DNA of 64,000 nt from Geopsychrobacteraceae bacterium (GTDB lineage: Bacteria > Desulfobacterota > Desulfuromonadia > Desulfuromonadales > Geopsychrobacteraceae). Location of the stretch: the NCBI GenBank assembly GCA_963676795.2, contig CAXXTB010000002.1, positions 1 to 64,000 on the forward strand, in the 5' to 3' direction. The notes beneath the pieces are model-generated. The model saw only the letters and a program-made list of their open reading frames with translations, did not search any database and was not told the DNA's origin. Of the stretch, positions 38,439-48,690 are shown in pieces. Made by a program: the position numbers and the translations under genes. Position 1 is the stretch's first letter. Each line of letters opens with the position of its first letter.

Positions 38439-39109
38439 TGACTGATATTGCAGATACGTTCTTTGTACATGAATCGAGCTATGTCGATGACAATGTAAAT
38501 GTTGGAACTGGTACAAAAATATGGCACTTCTGTCATGTTCTTTCATATACTGAGATCGGGACCAATTGTTCTTTTGGGCAGAATTGCGTTATTGGTCCCA
38601 GGGTTAAAGTCGGAAATAATGTCAGGGTTCAGAATAATATCTCGATTTATGAGGGGGTGGAAATCGAAGATGATGTTTTCCTAGGACCTTCATGTGTTCT
38701 GACAAATGTGACAAATCCCAGATCTCAGGTGTCCAGAAAATCCCTTTTTGAAAAAACCCTTCTCAGGCGTGGATGCTCTATCGGCGCAAACGCCACAATC
38801 GTATGCGGAATCACTGTAGGTAAATATGCTTTTGTGGCAGCTGGTGCTGTTGTTGCTGCTGATGTCCCTGATTATGCTCTAATGGTCGGGGTCCCCGCAA
38901 AACAAAAAGGTTGGATGAGCAGGCATGGGCATGTATTGGAAAACGCGAACCATGAAGGAATTTTAGTATGTCCTGAAAGTAAGCTAAGATATCGGGAATG
39001 CAATGGCGTATTGCGCTGTTTGGATTTGAACGAAAATGATCCTCTGCCTGTTGATCTCTCCGTGGGGAAAAAATCATACAAAGAATACAAAGAATACAAA
39101 GAAGATTGA
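38435..39109 (+). CDS. wbpD: UDP-3-amino sugar N-acetyltransferase (hexapeptide repeat)
   Basis: TKIWHFCH, VQNNISIYEGV, TNVTNPRS and GVPAKQKGW motifs. Confidence 0.85.
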   Translation: MMTDIADTFFVHESSYVDDNVNVGTGTKIWHFCHVLSYTEIGTNCSFGQNCVIGPRVKVGNNVRVQNNISIYEGVEIEDDVFLGPSCVLTNVTNPRSQVSRKSLFEKTLLRRGCSIGANATIVCGITVGKYAFVAAGAVVAADVPDYALMVGVPAKQKGWMSRHGHVLENANHEGILVCPESKLRYRECNGVLRCLDLNENDPLPVDLSVGKKSYKEYKEYKED

Positions 39110-40273
39110 ATGATGCAAAAAATTCTATTTATAGATCTGCAAGCCCAACAGGCATCCATTCGCTCCCAAATTGATGTAGCAATTAAGCGGGTCCTCGATC
39201 ACGGGCAGTATATTATGGGACCAGAAGTTTTTGAATTGGAGCGGCGCTTGCAGACCTTCGCGGGAGCGAAACATTGCATTTCTGTTGCGAGTGGTACTGA
39301 TGCCCTGTTGATTAGTTTGATGGCAATCGGTGTAGGGCGTGGAGATGAAGTTATCACTACACCTTTTACGTTTGCTTCTACTGCCGAAGTTATCGCTCTT
39401 CTTGGTGCGATCCCGGTGTTTGTCGATGTTGAGGCTGATACCGGTAATATAGATGTTGCGAAATTGGCGGGTGCAGTAACTGAAAAAACAAAAGTAATTA
39501 TGCCTGTAAGCCTTTACGGTCAGCCCGCTGATATGGATGAAATCAATGCTTTTGCCGAGCAGCATGGCTTAAAGGTTGTTGAAGACGGATGTCAGTCTTT
39601 TGGGGCGACCTATAAAGGTAAATCCAGCTGCAATCTTTCTACAATAGGATGCACAAGCTTTTTTCCGAGTAAGCCGCTCGGGTGTTATGGAGACGGAGGT
39701 GCTATTTTCACTTCAGATGATGACCTCGCTCGGGCTTGCAGGGAGATTAGGGTCCATGGCCAAAGTCAACGTTATGTTCATACCCGTATAGGTGTGGGCG
39801 GCCGTCTGGACACTATTCAGGCTGCGATATTGCTAGAAAAGCTTACTCTCTTTGAGTGGGAGGTCGCACAACGTACCAAGGTTGGGGACCGTTATAATCA
39901 GTTAATGGATCAGTGTGGCATACAACGAATGCAGCAGCGACCTGATCGAACCAGTGTTTTTGCTCAGTACACAGTGTTGCTAGATGATCGTCACGAGGTT
40001 CAAAGGAGGCTTGGTGAGGGGGGCAAGAGAGAGTCAGGCAGAGTTGGTTCTGCAGAAGGGGGCGGTGATCAATTAATTTCAGTGCCGACAGCGGTACATT
40101 ATCCGGTGCCACTGAATGGTCAACCTGCTTATTCAGGGTTATCTGGTGGAATTGATACCCCGATCGCCGCTGAATTGGCTGGTCGTGTGCTGAGTCTGCC
40201 AATGCACGCTTTTTTAAGAGTTGATGAACAGGACAGGATTGTTAACTCATTGAAGATGGCATTAGAAAATTAA
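39110..40273 (+). CDS. wbpE: DegT-family aminotransferase
   Basis: SGTDALL, EDGCQSFGA, SFFPSKPLGCYGDGGA and RLDTIQAA motifs. Confidence 0.85.
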   Translation: MMQKILFIDLQAQQASIRSQIDVAIKRVLDHGQYIMGPEVFELERRLQTFAGAKHCISVASGTDALLISLMAIGVGRGDEVITTPFTFASTAEVIALLGAIPVFVDVEADTGNIDVAKLAGAVTEKTKVIMPVSLYGQPADMDEINAFAEQHGLKVVEDGCQSFGATYKGKSSCNLSTIGCTSFFPSKPLGCYGDGGAIFTSDDDLARACREIRVHGQSQRYVHTRIGVGGRLDTIQAAILLEKLTLFEWEVAQRTKVGDRYNQLMDQCGIQRMQQRPDRTSVFAQYTVLLDDRHEVQRRLGEGGKRESGRVGSAEGGGDQLISVPTAVHYPVPLNGQPAYSGLSGGIDTPIAAELAGRVLSLPMHAFLRVDEQDRIVNSLKMALEN

Positions 40274-40424
40274 TTATTTCAATAAAACGAAGTTTTTCGT
40301 TTGTGCAATGGATTGTTGATTTCCGATCATGTCGGTGTCATGCATATGAGTACTAGAGAGTTGTCAACGTATTTTTCGTATTGATGACAAAAAACAACTG
40401 AAGTTAGAATAGTCCGGAACTTTA

Positions 40425-41669
40425 ATGAAAAAAGACTACTTATTGACACTTGCTACGACGCAATTATCAATGTTTTTGAACCTCCTGTCTTTTAAGTTAG
40501 TTGCTATATATTTTGGAGAGGACGGATTTGCTATATACAACATAGGCCGGAGGACAATATCTGTATTGTGCCCGCTGCTGATTATGGGTATTGGGATCAG
40601 CCTGGCGAGGTATGTTGCAATGACTGAACATGATGATGTTTTTTTCAGAAGGAAATTATTATTTAATGCATTATCTCCGGTTTTTTTTGTTTGTTTATTA
40701 GTCGTTATCGTGACGTACTTTCTCCCGGAAAAGGCAGCTTCGCTGTTTTTGGGTGATTCCTCTCTTGGATTGCTTATTAAGTCTATTGCGATATACGTAG
40801 CAGGAATTACGTTGTTTGGAATATTGCAGTCCTATTATAGGGGGGCAATGCAGTTTTTTAGATCGAATATGCTGAGCCTTTTTTCTGGTGGAATTATTCC
40901 GATTCTATGCATAGTTATATTTCATGGAAGTGTAGAAAGAATGTATTTCATGGCGGGTACATTCATGATTTTTTTTGTAACAATTATATACTTAAAATCT
41001 TCAGGTAATGATCCTTTTGGTTCTAAGTATGATGCAGGATTGATGAAAAATCACCTCATTTATGGCTTACCAAGACTTCCTGGAGATATAAGTTTTTATT
41101 TACTGCTGATGCTCCCCTCCTGGATGGCTAATAAGTATTATGGAATTGCGGCGGGTGGTAGTGTTGCGTTTGCTTGTACCATTCTTAACATATATTCCAG
41201 TGCGGTTTCGCCAATCAGTTTTTTATTGTTACCCAAGGCGTCTTCTATGTTTAAAAATGGAGAGCGTGGAGAGTTGAGGGTATTAGTGTTGAAAATAGTT
41301 ATAGTGTCAGTTGTTGTTTCAGTATTTGGCGTTATTTTTTTGCAGTTGAGTATCGATGAAATAATAAAATATACATTGGGTAATGAGTATGTAAAAACGT
41401 CTCCTTTGATCCGTATCGTGTCATATGGAACGATACCATATACCTTATTTATCTGCTTAAGGAGTATAGCTGACGCTAAGTCCCGAATGCCTGTAAATGC
41501 TACTATCTGTATTGCTTCTCTTCTCGTTATGCTGTTCTGGACTTTTATCATAGGGGGTGGGGGAGGGGGAGTTGAGAGTTTGCTGAAAGGTCTGGTGTTT
41601 AGCTTATATGTGCTGGGAGGGCTTTCAGTTTTTGTCTCATTTTATTTCCTTGGAAGAAAAAAGAGATAA
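40425..41669 (+). CDS. Wzx-like flippase
   Basis: About 12 hydrophobic segments; AT-rich; position in the cluster. Confidence 0.7.
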   Translation: MKKDYLLTLATTQLSMFLNLLSFKLVAIYFGEDGFAIYNIGRRTISVLCPLLIMGIGISLARYVAMTEHDDVFFRRKLLFNALSPVFFVCLLVVIVTYFLPEKAASLFLGDSSLGLLIKSIAIYVAGITLFGILQSYYRGAMQFFRSNMLSLFSGGIIPILCIVIFHGSVERMYFMAGTFMIFFVTIIYLKSSGNDPFGSKYDAGLMKNHLIYGLPRLPGDISFYLLLMLPSWMANKYYGIAAGGSVAFACTILNIYSSAVSPISFLLLPKASSMFKNGERGELRVLVLKIVIVSVVVSVFGVIFLQLSIDEIIKYTLGNEYVKTSPLIRIVSYGTIPYTLFICLRSIADAKSRMPVNATICIASLLVMLFWTFIIGGGGGGVESLLKGLVFSLYVLGGLSVFVSFYFLGRKKR

Positions 41670-41675
41670 GTATTG

Positions 41676-43031
41676 ATGTATAGTTTTTATGATTTGATAA
41701 TTTTTTTTATTATATTGATTTTATACCTAGCCTTGAGTTTTTGTGTGATAAGACACTCATTTCGGATGGAGGGTGTCTTTTCTACCGGACTTCTTTTGGT
41801 TCTTTTATCAACAATATATTATGTTTCAATACCTTTAGAGCTTATCATAGCCCATGGGAATGATTATTATGTTGCAGGTGTTCATGTAAAGATATCTGAT
41901 TATGATAAGGTTTTTCTTATATATAATACACTGATCTCAATTCCTGCATTCTATATAGGTTATATACTTTCTGGATATCGTTCCGATTTTTATAACATTA
42001 GAATCTGTAATGGTGGAAATTTATTTAAAAATTCATCTTTTGAGACTTCCATAAAGGTTTTGCTTTTTTTATCATCAATTTCCCTTTTCTTTTTTTTGAG
42101 GTCTGAATTATTGGTCTCAATGTCAGGATATAGCTCAAACTATAGCAATGTTTATAATAATCCTTTGTATAGCTATACTGTTTTTATATTTACAGCATCA
42201 CTTTCAATATATGCCTGCTTCAAATTGTGTCTTCATGATTGTAAGTTTCTTGGGATTTCTATGGTTTTTTTCGGTGTTGTATTTGGGATTTTGACATCAG
42301 ATAAAAATCCAATCCTGATTTCTATGTTACCCCTTGTCGCTAAAGTCAATATGTCCATTGTTCATAGGAGGACTGGAATCTTTTTTCTTATCGTAATTCT
42401 CCCGCTTGGTTTCATTGCGTTATTGATGTTGATACCTGCATTTTCTCTTTACCGAGCAGGTATCGATATATTCAGCTTTGAGCTTTTTAAATATTATAAT
42501 TTCTCATTTACAAGTATTGACCCTGCTGGGCCTTTCGTAAGTTTGGTTGAGACTCTTAGGGGGGGGGAGTCATTGCAGTTAGGATTTCAATACGTAAAGG
42601 ATTTATTGGTTTTAATTCCCCGCTCAGTTTTTCCTGCCAGGCCTTTTGATTTAAGTGAGCAGTTTGCAAGGGGTTTTATTCAGAACTGGCAACCAGGATT
42701 GGGACTAGGTTATTCGTTCATGGCTGAAGGCTTTGTTAACTTTGGTAGATATTTTTGCTTTTTGCATTTTTTTATTGTTGGTTTTTTTTGGGGCTGTGTT
42801 TGGCGAATTATCCGCTTGTTTCTGAAAAACAAAGCTCATACTGATATTTTGTACAGGACACTTGGCTTGTATTTGATTGTGCTCATGCATCGCGGACCGA
42901 GCTTGTCTCTTGTGAAAATGATGTTACATTTCTTTGTTCCTTTATGTGTGCTTATTGTTTTAGTTAAAACTTTCAGGCCGATCCTTAAGACTGTTGGCGC
43001 TCCATCCTCCTTGTTTGACAAGCATGCTTAA
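41676..43031 (+). CDS. Wzy-like polymerase
   Basis: Polytopic protein with a late periplasmic loop (LIPRSVFPARP) and SFMAEGFVNFG. Confidence 0.7.
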   Translation: MYSFYDLIIFFIILILYLALSFCVIRHSFRMEGVFSTGLLLVLLSTIYYVSIPLELIIAHGNDYYVAGVHVKISDYDKVFLIYNTLISIPAFYIGYILSGYRSDFYNIRICNGGNLFKNSSFETSIKVLLFLSSISLFFFLRSELLVSMSGYSSNYSNVYNNPLYSYTVFIFTASLSIYACFKLCLHDCKFLGISMVFFGVVFGILTSDKNPILISMLPLVAKVNMSIVHRRTGIFFLIVILPLGFIALLMLIPAFSLYRAGIDIFSFELFKYYNFSFTSIDPAGPFVSLVETLRGGESLQLGFQYVKDLLVLIPRSVFPARPFDLSEQFARGFIQNWQPGLGLGYSFMAEGFVNFGRYFCFLHFFIVGFFWGCVWRIIRLFLKNKAHTDILYRTLGLYLIVLMHRGPSLSLVKMMLHFFVPLCVLIVLVKTFRPILKTVGAPSSLFDKHA

Positions 43032-43048
43032 AAGCAAAGACGATTATT

Positions 43049-44056
43049 ATGAGAATTTTGTGGACTCACAATTTTGACCCTGAGGTCGAAAACAGCGGCG
43101 TTTTTATGCATCTTATGGCTCAGGGGATGAGGGATGCTGGAGTAGATGTTGACCTATGTTATCTTGGAAATCTTCGTTCCTACAGAAATATGCTTGAGGC
43201 CTGCTCGTTAGTAAAAGGGCGAGCTTCTGAATATGACCTTGTTCATTCTCAGTTCGGCTCGGCCTGCGCTGTAGTGACCAGTCGGGTGGACAGCGTCCCA
43301 ACCGTGTTGTCATTAAGGGGGTCAGACTGGTATAGATGTAGAGGATTATTAAGCTTTTCTGCCCTGCATGGAATGTTGTCAACGCTTATGACGAGGTCTG
43401 TGCTAAGTGGCTTCAACTCAGTTGTTACAATGTCTTACCGAATGAAAAACGAGATACTCAGAATGTATCCTGATCTTGATGTCGATGTCATTCCTAGTCC
43501 GATCGATCTTGACTCATTTAAGCCGTCTAACAGGAGTGAAGCCAGGAATTTGTTGGGCTTTTCGGGAGATGCAGATAGGTGGGTTCTGTTTACGACCTTG
43601 TCTGAACGCAGTCTGGTGAAGAGAGTGTCTCTGGCCAAGGAGGCGGTCAGGATTGCAAACGAAAAAATTGGAAGCGTTAAACTGCGAATTGCGACTGGGC
43701 TAAGTCATTCAGAAATGCCAGTTTTTGTGAACGCTTGTAATCTGGCGCTCTGTACTTCCTCACATGAAGGATGGCCAAATTGTATCAAGGAAGCTCTTGC
43801 GTGCAACTTGCCTTTTGTTGCAACGGATGTGAGCGATCTATCGTTGATTGTATCACAAGAACCTTGTTGTCGCGTATGCGCTCCGAATGCTGAAGAATTG
43901 GCAGAAAATATTTGTGAGATTCTGAGCCTTCAGCAGGAGGTCAATCTTCGTAAGTATGTTTTGGATATGGATATCTCAGTTACAAGTCAAAAACTCATTA
44001 AGCTGTATTCAGGAATACTCAATGAGAGGAGTGGAGCAGCCTCTCAACACTTGTAA
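43049..44056 (+). CDS. GT4 glycosyltransferase
   Basis: TSSHEGWPNCIKEALACNLPFVATDV (E-x7-E). Confidence 0.88.
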   Translation: MRILWTHNFDPEVENSGVFMHLMAQGMRDAGVDVDLCYLGNLRSYRNMLEACSLVKGRASEYDLVHSQFGSACAVVTSRVDSVPTVLSLRGSDWYRCRGLLSFSALHGMLSTLMTRSVLSGFNSVVTMSYRMKNEILRMYPDLDVDVIPSPIDLDSFKPSNRSEARNLLGFSGDADRWVLFTTLSERSLVKRVSLAKEAVRIANEKIGSVKLRIATGLSHSEMPVFVNACNLALCTSSHEGWPNCIKEALACNLPFVATDVSDLSLIVSQEPCCRVCAPNAEELAENICEILSLQQEVNLRKYVLDMDISVTSQKLIKLYSGILNERSGAASQHL

Positions 44057-44142
44057 CCTGAGGTTAATGATTGGTTGTGATAATGAGCTTAATTCGTAAT
44101 CTTGTTAAGACTTTGTCTTATTGTCGATGAGGATATGTCCTG

Positions 44143-45957
44143 ATGTGTGGAATCTTTGGAATGATATCTCCACAGGAGATAGATAAAAATAGTTTTAAAA
44201 AATTAGTCACGCACGCTCTGCAGCGAGGTAAAGATTCGAGTGGTTTATTATGCTATCAGAGTGGCGGTTATCATGCATATCGTGCTGACTATCAAATCAC
44301 CCGGCTCTTGAGGGAAATAAAACCCTATGCCAGTCCAGTTGTTATGGGGCATAGCCGTTTGATTACAAATGGAATGGTCGATAACCAGCCTGTAATCAGA
44401 GACGGTATTTGTGCCTTGCATAACGGTATTATTGTAAACCATGAGGCTATTTGGTCTGAAATAGGCAAGGAGCCAAAGCTGCAAATAGACACAGAGCTTA
44501 TCATAGGAATTGCCTCCGCTCATCTTGAGTCTGGAGGGGATTTGGCTGAATTGCCAGTAAATATTTTAAAGTTGTGCCAAGGTGTTGTTGCATGCGCTTT
44601 GATTCTTCCAAAATATGGCAAGATATGCCTATTTTCCAACAATGGAAGCCTGTACGTCGGGGAGCATGGGCAAAGTACGGTTTTTGCGTCAGAAAGTTTT
44701 CCTTTAAGTGAGATCGGTTGTAAAGAGATAGTACAGATTAGGGATAATGCAGTTTTTCTGGATATCCCAGTGGCAGAGACTGACATAAAAATTCAAGACA
44801 AGCTTGCAAGAACTTCTAATTTAATACCTGCATTGAAATTCTCTTCATCAGAAGAAAAAAAACTTATATACCGTCATCATAACCTGCGTCGGTGCACGCG
44901 GTGTGTCCTTCCTGAAACTATGCCCTTCATTAATTTTGATGATGACGGTGTTTGTAATTATTGCCGGAGTTATAAACCTAGGAACATCCCAAGGTCTACC
45001 GATGAAATTTTTGCTCTTGTGGAGCCTTACCGGAGGCAGATGGGGAATGATTGTATCGTACCTTTTTCTGGAGGACGGGACAGTTGTTACGGCCTTCACT
45101 TGATTGTTAATGAGTTGAAAATGCAGCCAGTAACCTATACCTATGACTGGGGTATGGTGACTGATTTAGGGCGCCGTAATATCAGTAGACTGTGTGCTGA
45201 ACTTGGTGTGGAAAATATAATAATTGCAGATGATATTGCCACAAAGCGTCGCAATATTAAGATGAATCTTAAGGCTTGGTTACGGTCCCCTGATCTGGGA
45301 ATGGTGAGTATATTAACCGCAGGTGATAAGCATTTTTTTCGTCATGTAGAGTCCGTTAAGAAACAAACTGGAATTAAGCTTAATTTGTGGGGCGTCAACC
45401 CTTTGGAAGTCACACATTTTGAAGCGGGTTTTTTAGGAGTCCCTCCCGATTTTGAAGAGAAGCGCGTTTATAATCATGGTTGGCAAAAGCAACTCAACTA
45501 TCAAAAACTTCGCTTTAAGGCAATGCTCAAAAGTCCCGGCTATTTTAATAGATCATTATGGGACACATTGTCTGGAGAGTACTATCGAAGCTTTACTCAG
45601 AAGGAAGATTATTTTCATATTTACGATTATTGGCGTTGGGATGAGAAGAAAATCGATGCAGTTCTAGATATGTACAATTGGGAAAAAGCTCCTGATACAA
45701 AAACAACCTGGCGGATTGGGGATGGTACTGCGGCATTCTATAATTATATTTATTATACGGTGGCTGGTTTTACTGAGCACGACACCTTTCGAAGCAATCA
45801 GATTCGTGAGGGGGATTTAACAAGAGAAGAGGCTCTTCAATTGGTCATAGATGAAAATACGCCAAGATACCCCAATATAAAATGGTATCTTGATGCAGTT
45901 GGGTTGGAATTTAATGACGTGATTTCTGTAATCAATTCTATTGAAAGCTATTATTGA
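44143..45957 (+). CDS. Class II glutamine amidotransferase fused to N-acetyl-sugar amidotransferase (WbuX/WbpG-like)
   Basis: MCGIFG, RGKDSSG, GHSRL and HNGII, followed by CTRC...CNYC and the PP-loop SGGRDS. Confidence 0.75.
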   Translation: MCGIFGMISPQEIDKNSFKKLVTHALQRGKDSSGLLCYQSGGYHAYRADYQITRLLREIKPYASPVVMGHSRLITNGMVDNQPVIRDGICALHNGIIVNHEAIWSEIGKEPKLQIDTELIIGIASAHLESGGDLAELPVNILKLCQGVVACALILPKYGKICLFSNNGSLYVGEHGQSTVFASESFPLSEIGCKEIVQIRDNAVFLDIPVAETDIKIQDKLARTSNLIPALKFSSSEEKKLIYRHHNLRRCTRCVLPETMPFINFDDDGVCNYCRSYKPRNIPRSTDEIFALVEPYRRQMGNDCIVPFSGGRDSCYGLHLIVNELKMQPVTYTYDWGMVTDLGRRNISRLCAELGVENIIIADDIATKRRNIKMNLKAWLRSPDLGMVSILTAGDKHFFRHVESVKKQTGIKLNLWGVNPLEVTHFEAGFLGVPPDFEEKRVYNHGWQKQLNYQKLRFKAMLKSPGYFNRSLWDTLSGEYYRSFTQKEDYFHIYDYWRWDEKKIDAVLDMYNWEKAPDTKTTWRIGDGTAAFYNYIYYTVAGFTEHDTFRSNQIREGDLTREEALQLVIDENTPRYPNIKWYLDAVGLEFNDVISVINSIESYY

Positions 45958-45966
45958 AGATTTGAA

Positions 45967-47196
45967 ATGAATATTTGGTATTTGTCTGCTCATGATCAAC
46001 CAAAGGGCCAATCCGCACGTACTTATGAGTTTTGTTTAGAGCTGTGCAGGAAGGGCCATCATGTCACCATGTTTACAAACAGCTACTGTCACTGGACACA
46101 TGAGGAATTACTGTCACCTAGCGAAAAGTGGCGTATCGAAGACATTGATGGGCTTCGAGTGATATGGCTACGCACCATTCACTACAGAGGCAACGGTCTT
46201 AGACGTGGTGCGAATATGATGTCGAATGTCTGGCGGTCATTGCAGGTGGCGAAGGTTTTGTCTGATCGGCCTGATGTTGTTGTGGGGCCTAGTGTGCCTC
46301 TCGGTACTGGCTGGGCTGCGTTACGGATCGCACAGCAGAGAAATGCGGCCTTTGTTTTTGAAGTCAGAGATGTCTGGCCTAGTGCTCTTGTTGATGACGG
46401 CGGATTGTCGAATAAACATCCTGTCTATTTTTTCTTTCGCTTTCTTGAAAAGCTTCTCTATCGCAAAGCAGATATGATTTCATCTGCAATTCCATATATA
46501 TTCGATCATGTTGCAGCAAGTGGTGGTGATCCTGATAGGATTGTGTGGGTTCCTAATGGCGTCAGCTTTGAACGTTATGACTGTTATGGCGAATATGATG
46601 GAGGGCGAAAAAGTCCATTAGTCGTGATGTATGTAGGTGGTTACGGAAATGCTCATGATGTCCGCACTATCGTTAGGGCTGCGAAAATTTTGCAGGCGCG
46701 AAAAGTTGATAGCTTTTACTTCATTATAATTGGTAGCGGACCTAAAAAGGCTGAATGTGTGAGGGAGGCACAAGAGGCAAAGCTTACGAATATTGAATTT
46801 CGGGACCCTATACCCAAGAGCGAGATCCCAAAGGCACAGCTGGAGGCCGATATCCTGATAGCAGCTGTTCTGGATTCTCCAATCTATCGGTTTGGTTTGA
46901 ATCTCAATAAAATGTTTGACTATTTTGCATCTGGACGTCCGGTGATTTTCTCAGGGAATGCGCCAAATGATCCTGTTGCAGAAACAGGTGCCGGATTTAG
47001 TATTCCTCCTGAACAGCCAGAGATGATGGTGGATTCATTGATGAAATTATTAGCTCTTTCTCCTGAAGAACGCTCCGAGATGGGGCGTCGTGGACGGGAT
47101 TATATTAAATGTTTTGATATGCAAGTCCTCTCAACGCGTATGGAGGCGCTGTTGTATCAAGCCAGCCAAGAAAAGGAGAAGTCTGCATGCAGTTAG
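45967..47196 (+). CDS. GT4 glycosyltransferase (WbuB-like)
   Basis: FVFEVRDVWP, VPNGV and NKMFDYFASGRPV motifs. Confidence 0.88.
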   Translation: MNIWYLSAHDQPKGQSARTYEFCLELCRKGHHVTMFTNSYCHWTHEELLSPSEKWRIEDIDGLRVIWLRTIHYRGNGLRRGANMMSNVWRSLQVAKVLSDRPDVVVGPSVPLGTGWAALRIAQQRNAAFVFEVRDVWPSALVDDGGLSNKHPVYFFFRFLEKLLYRKADMISSAIPYIFDHVAASGGDPDRIVWVPNGVSFERYDCYGEYDGGRKSPLVVMYVGGYGNAHDVRTIVRAAKILQARKVDSFYFIIIGSGPKKAECVREAQEAKLTNIEFRDPIPKSEIPKAQLEADILIAAVLDSPIYRFGLNLNKMFDYFASGRPVIFSGNAPNDPVAETGAGFSIPPEQPEMMVDSLMKLLALSPEERSEMGRRGRDYIKCFDMQVLSTRMEALLYQASQEKEKSACS

Positions 47197-48032
47197 AAGA
47201 ACGTAAGCTGAAGGAAATAGAGCACTCAGATCGACGCCGCTCAATAGTCAAGGGCTATGAATATCAGACTGATACCGCTGATGATCAATTAGATTCGACA
47301 TTTGTGGCAGGTGGGGAGGAATATGATCAGCACTTCAGTAACATGAAGTTTTATAGTGTTACCAAGTCCAGTTTTGCGTATCGAGATGCTCTTCTTTATG
47401 AAAACCTTCAGGGCGCGGATGTTTTGGATTACTGCTGTGGTAATGGTGAGGTTGCCCTGGAAATGGCCAGGCGTGGCGCTAAAAAGGTTGTTGGTATTGA
47501 TATTAGCGAAGTAGCAGTTAAAAATGCTCAAGAGTTAGCTAAAATTCGGGGGGTTGACTCTATCTGTGAATTTAAGGTGATGGATGCCGAACATACCGAG
47601 TTTACAGATAACAGTTTTGACATTATCCATGAATATGGCGCTTTGCATCACCTCGATCTGCCTTTGGCTTTTGCTGAGCTAGCTCGCATTTTAAAGCCTG
47701 ATGGGAAGTTGGTCTGTACTGAGGCAATGCGCCATAACCCACTAATTCACTGGTATCGAACTCGCACTCCTCACCTGCGTACTGAGTGGGAGGTGGAGCA
47801 TATCCTTGGTATCCCAGAGATCAATAGCGGTGGGCGTTATTTCTCATCTATTAAGACAAAAATGTTCCATCTTGCAGCATTAGGGTCTGTTCCCTTTAGA
47901 AGGAACCTTATGTTCAGGCCTCTTCTTGCGCTTCTTGAAGCGGTTGATGCGTGTATTCTTAAGATTCCTTTTTTTAATCGACTCGCGTGGATAGCTGTCG
48001 TTGAATATCGAAATCCCAAAAAGATTGATTGA
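47187..48032 (+). CDS. Class I SAM-dependent methyltransferase
   Basis: VLDYCCGNG, GIDIS, MDAE and LARILKPDG motifs. Confidence 0.88.
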   Translation: MQLEERKLKEIEHSDRRRSIVKGYEYQTDTADDQLDSTFVAGGEEYDQHFSNMKFYSVTKSSFAYRDALLYENLQGADVLDYCCGNGEVALEMARRGAKKVVGIDISEVAVKNAQELAKIRGVDSICEFKVMDAEHTEFTDNSFDIIHEYGALHHLDLPLAFAELARILKPDGKLVCTEAMRHNPLIHWYRTRTPHLRTEWEVEHILGIPEINSGGRYFSSIKTKMFHLAALGSVPFRRNLMFRPLLALLEAVDACILKIPFFNRLAWIAVVEYRNPKKID

Positions 48033-48084
48033 AATGCGCAGATGCAGAGGTATTGAGCCCCAATTGGGCCACTCAAGATTTTCG

Positions 48085-48690
48085 ATGTCGGTAAAACGTC
48101 TGGTCGATATTGTCATTTCACTGTTCATTCTTTCATTGATATGGCCCATTTTAGTGATTATTGCCTTAATTGTGAAGTTGACGAGTCCAGGCCCGGTGTT
48201 TTACCGGGGTATAAGATCTGGGCTGAACGATAAAACCTTTAGGATACTGAAGTTTCGTACAATGGTGGTGGACGCAGAATTGTGTGGTGGGCCGACAACG
48301 GGGACGAATGATCCGCGTGTCACAAATGTCGGAATTCTTCTGAGAAAAATCAAATTTGATGAACTCCCTCAGTTTATTAATGTGCTGCTAGGTGATATGA
48401 GCTTGGTCGGGCCACGTCCAGAAGTGCTTGAATATACAAAGCAATATAGTGGTGAAGAGCGTTTGATTCTTTGCATGCGGCCTGGTATTACAGATTATGC
48501 ATCGATAGAGTTTGCGGATTTAGATGATAGAGTTGGGTCATTGGATCCAGACAGATATTTTCGTGAACATATACTACCTCGTAAAAATGCTCTAAGGGTT
48601 AGATATGTTAAAGAGTGGTCTTTGAGATCCGATTTCAAGATTTTATGGAAAACCTGTAGGCGGGTTCTAAGAAGGGTTTTTTCTCGGTGA
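48085..48690 (+). CDS. Phosphoglycosyl (initiating sugar) transferase
   Basis: KRLVDI, KFRTM, DPRVT and DELPQFINVLLGDMSLVGPRPE. Start position uncertain. Confidence 0.92.
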   Translation: MSVKRLVDIVISLFILSLIWPILVIIALIVKLTSPGPVFYRGIRSGLNDKTFRILKFRTMVVDAELCGGPTTGTNDPRVTNVGILLRKIKFDELPQFINVLLGDMSLVGPRPEVLEYTKQYSGEERLILCMRPGITDYASIEFADLDDRVGSLDPDRYFREHILPRKNALRVRYVKEWSLRSDFKILWKTCRRVLRRVFSR

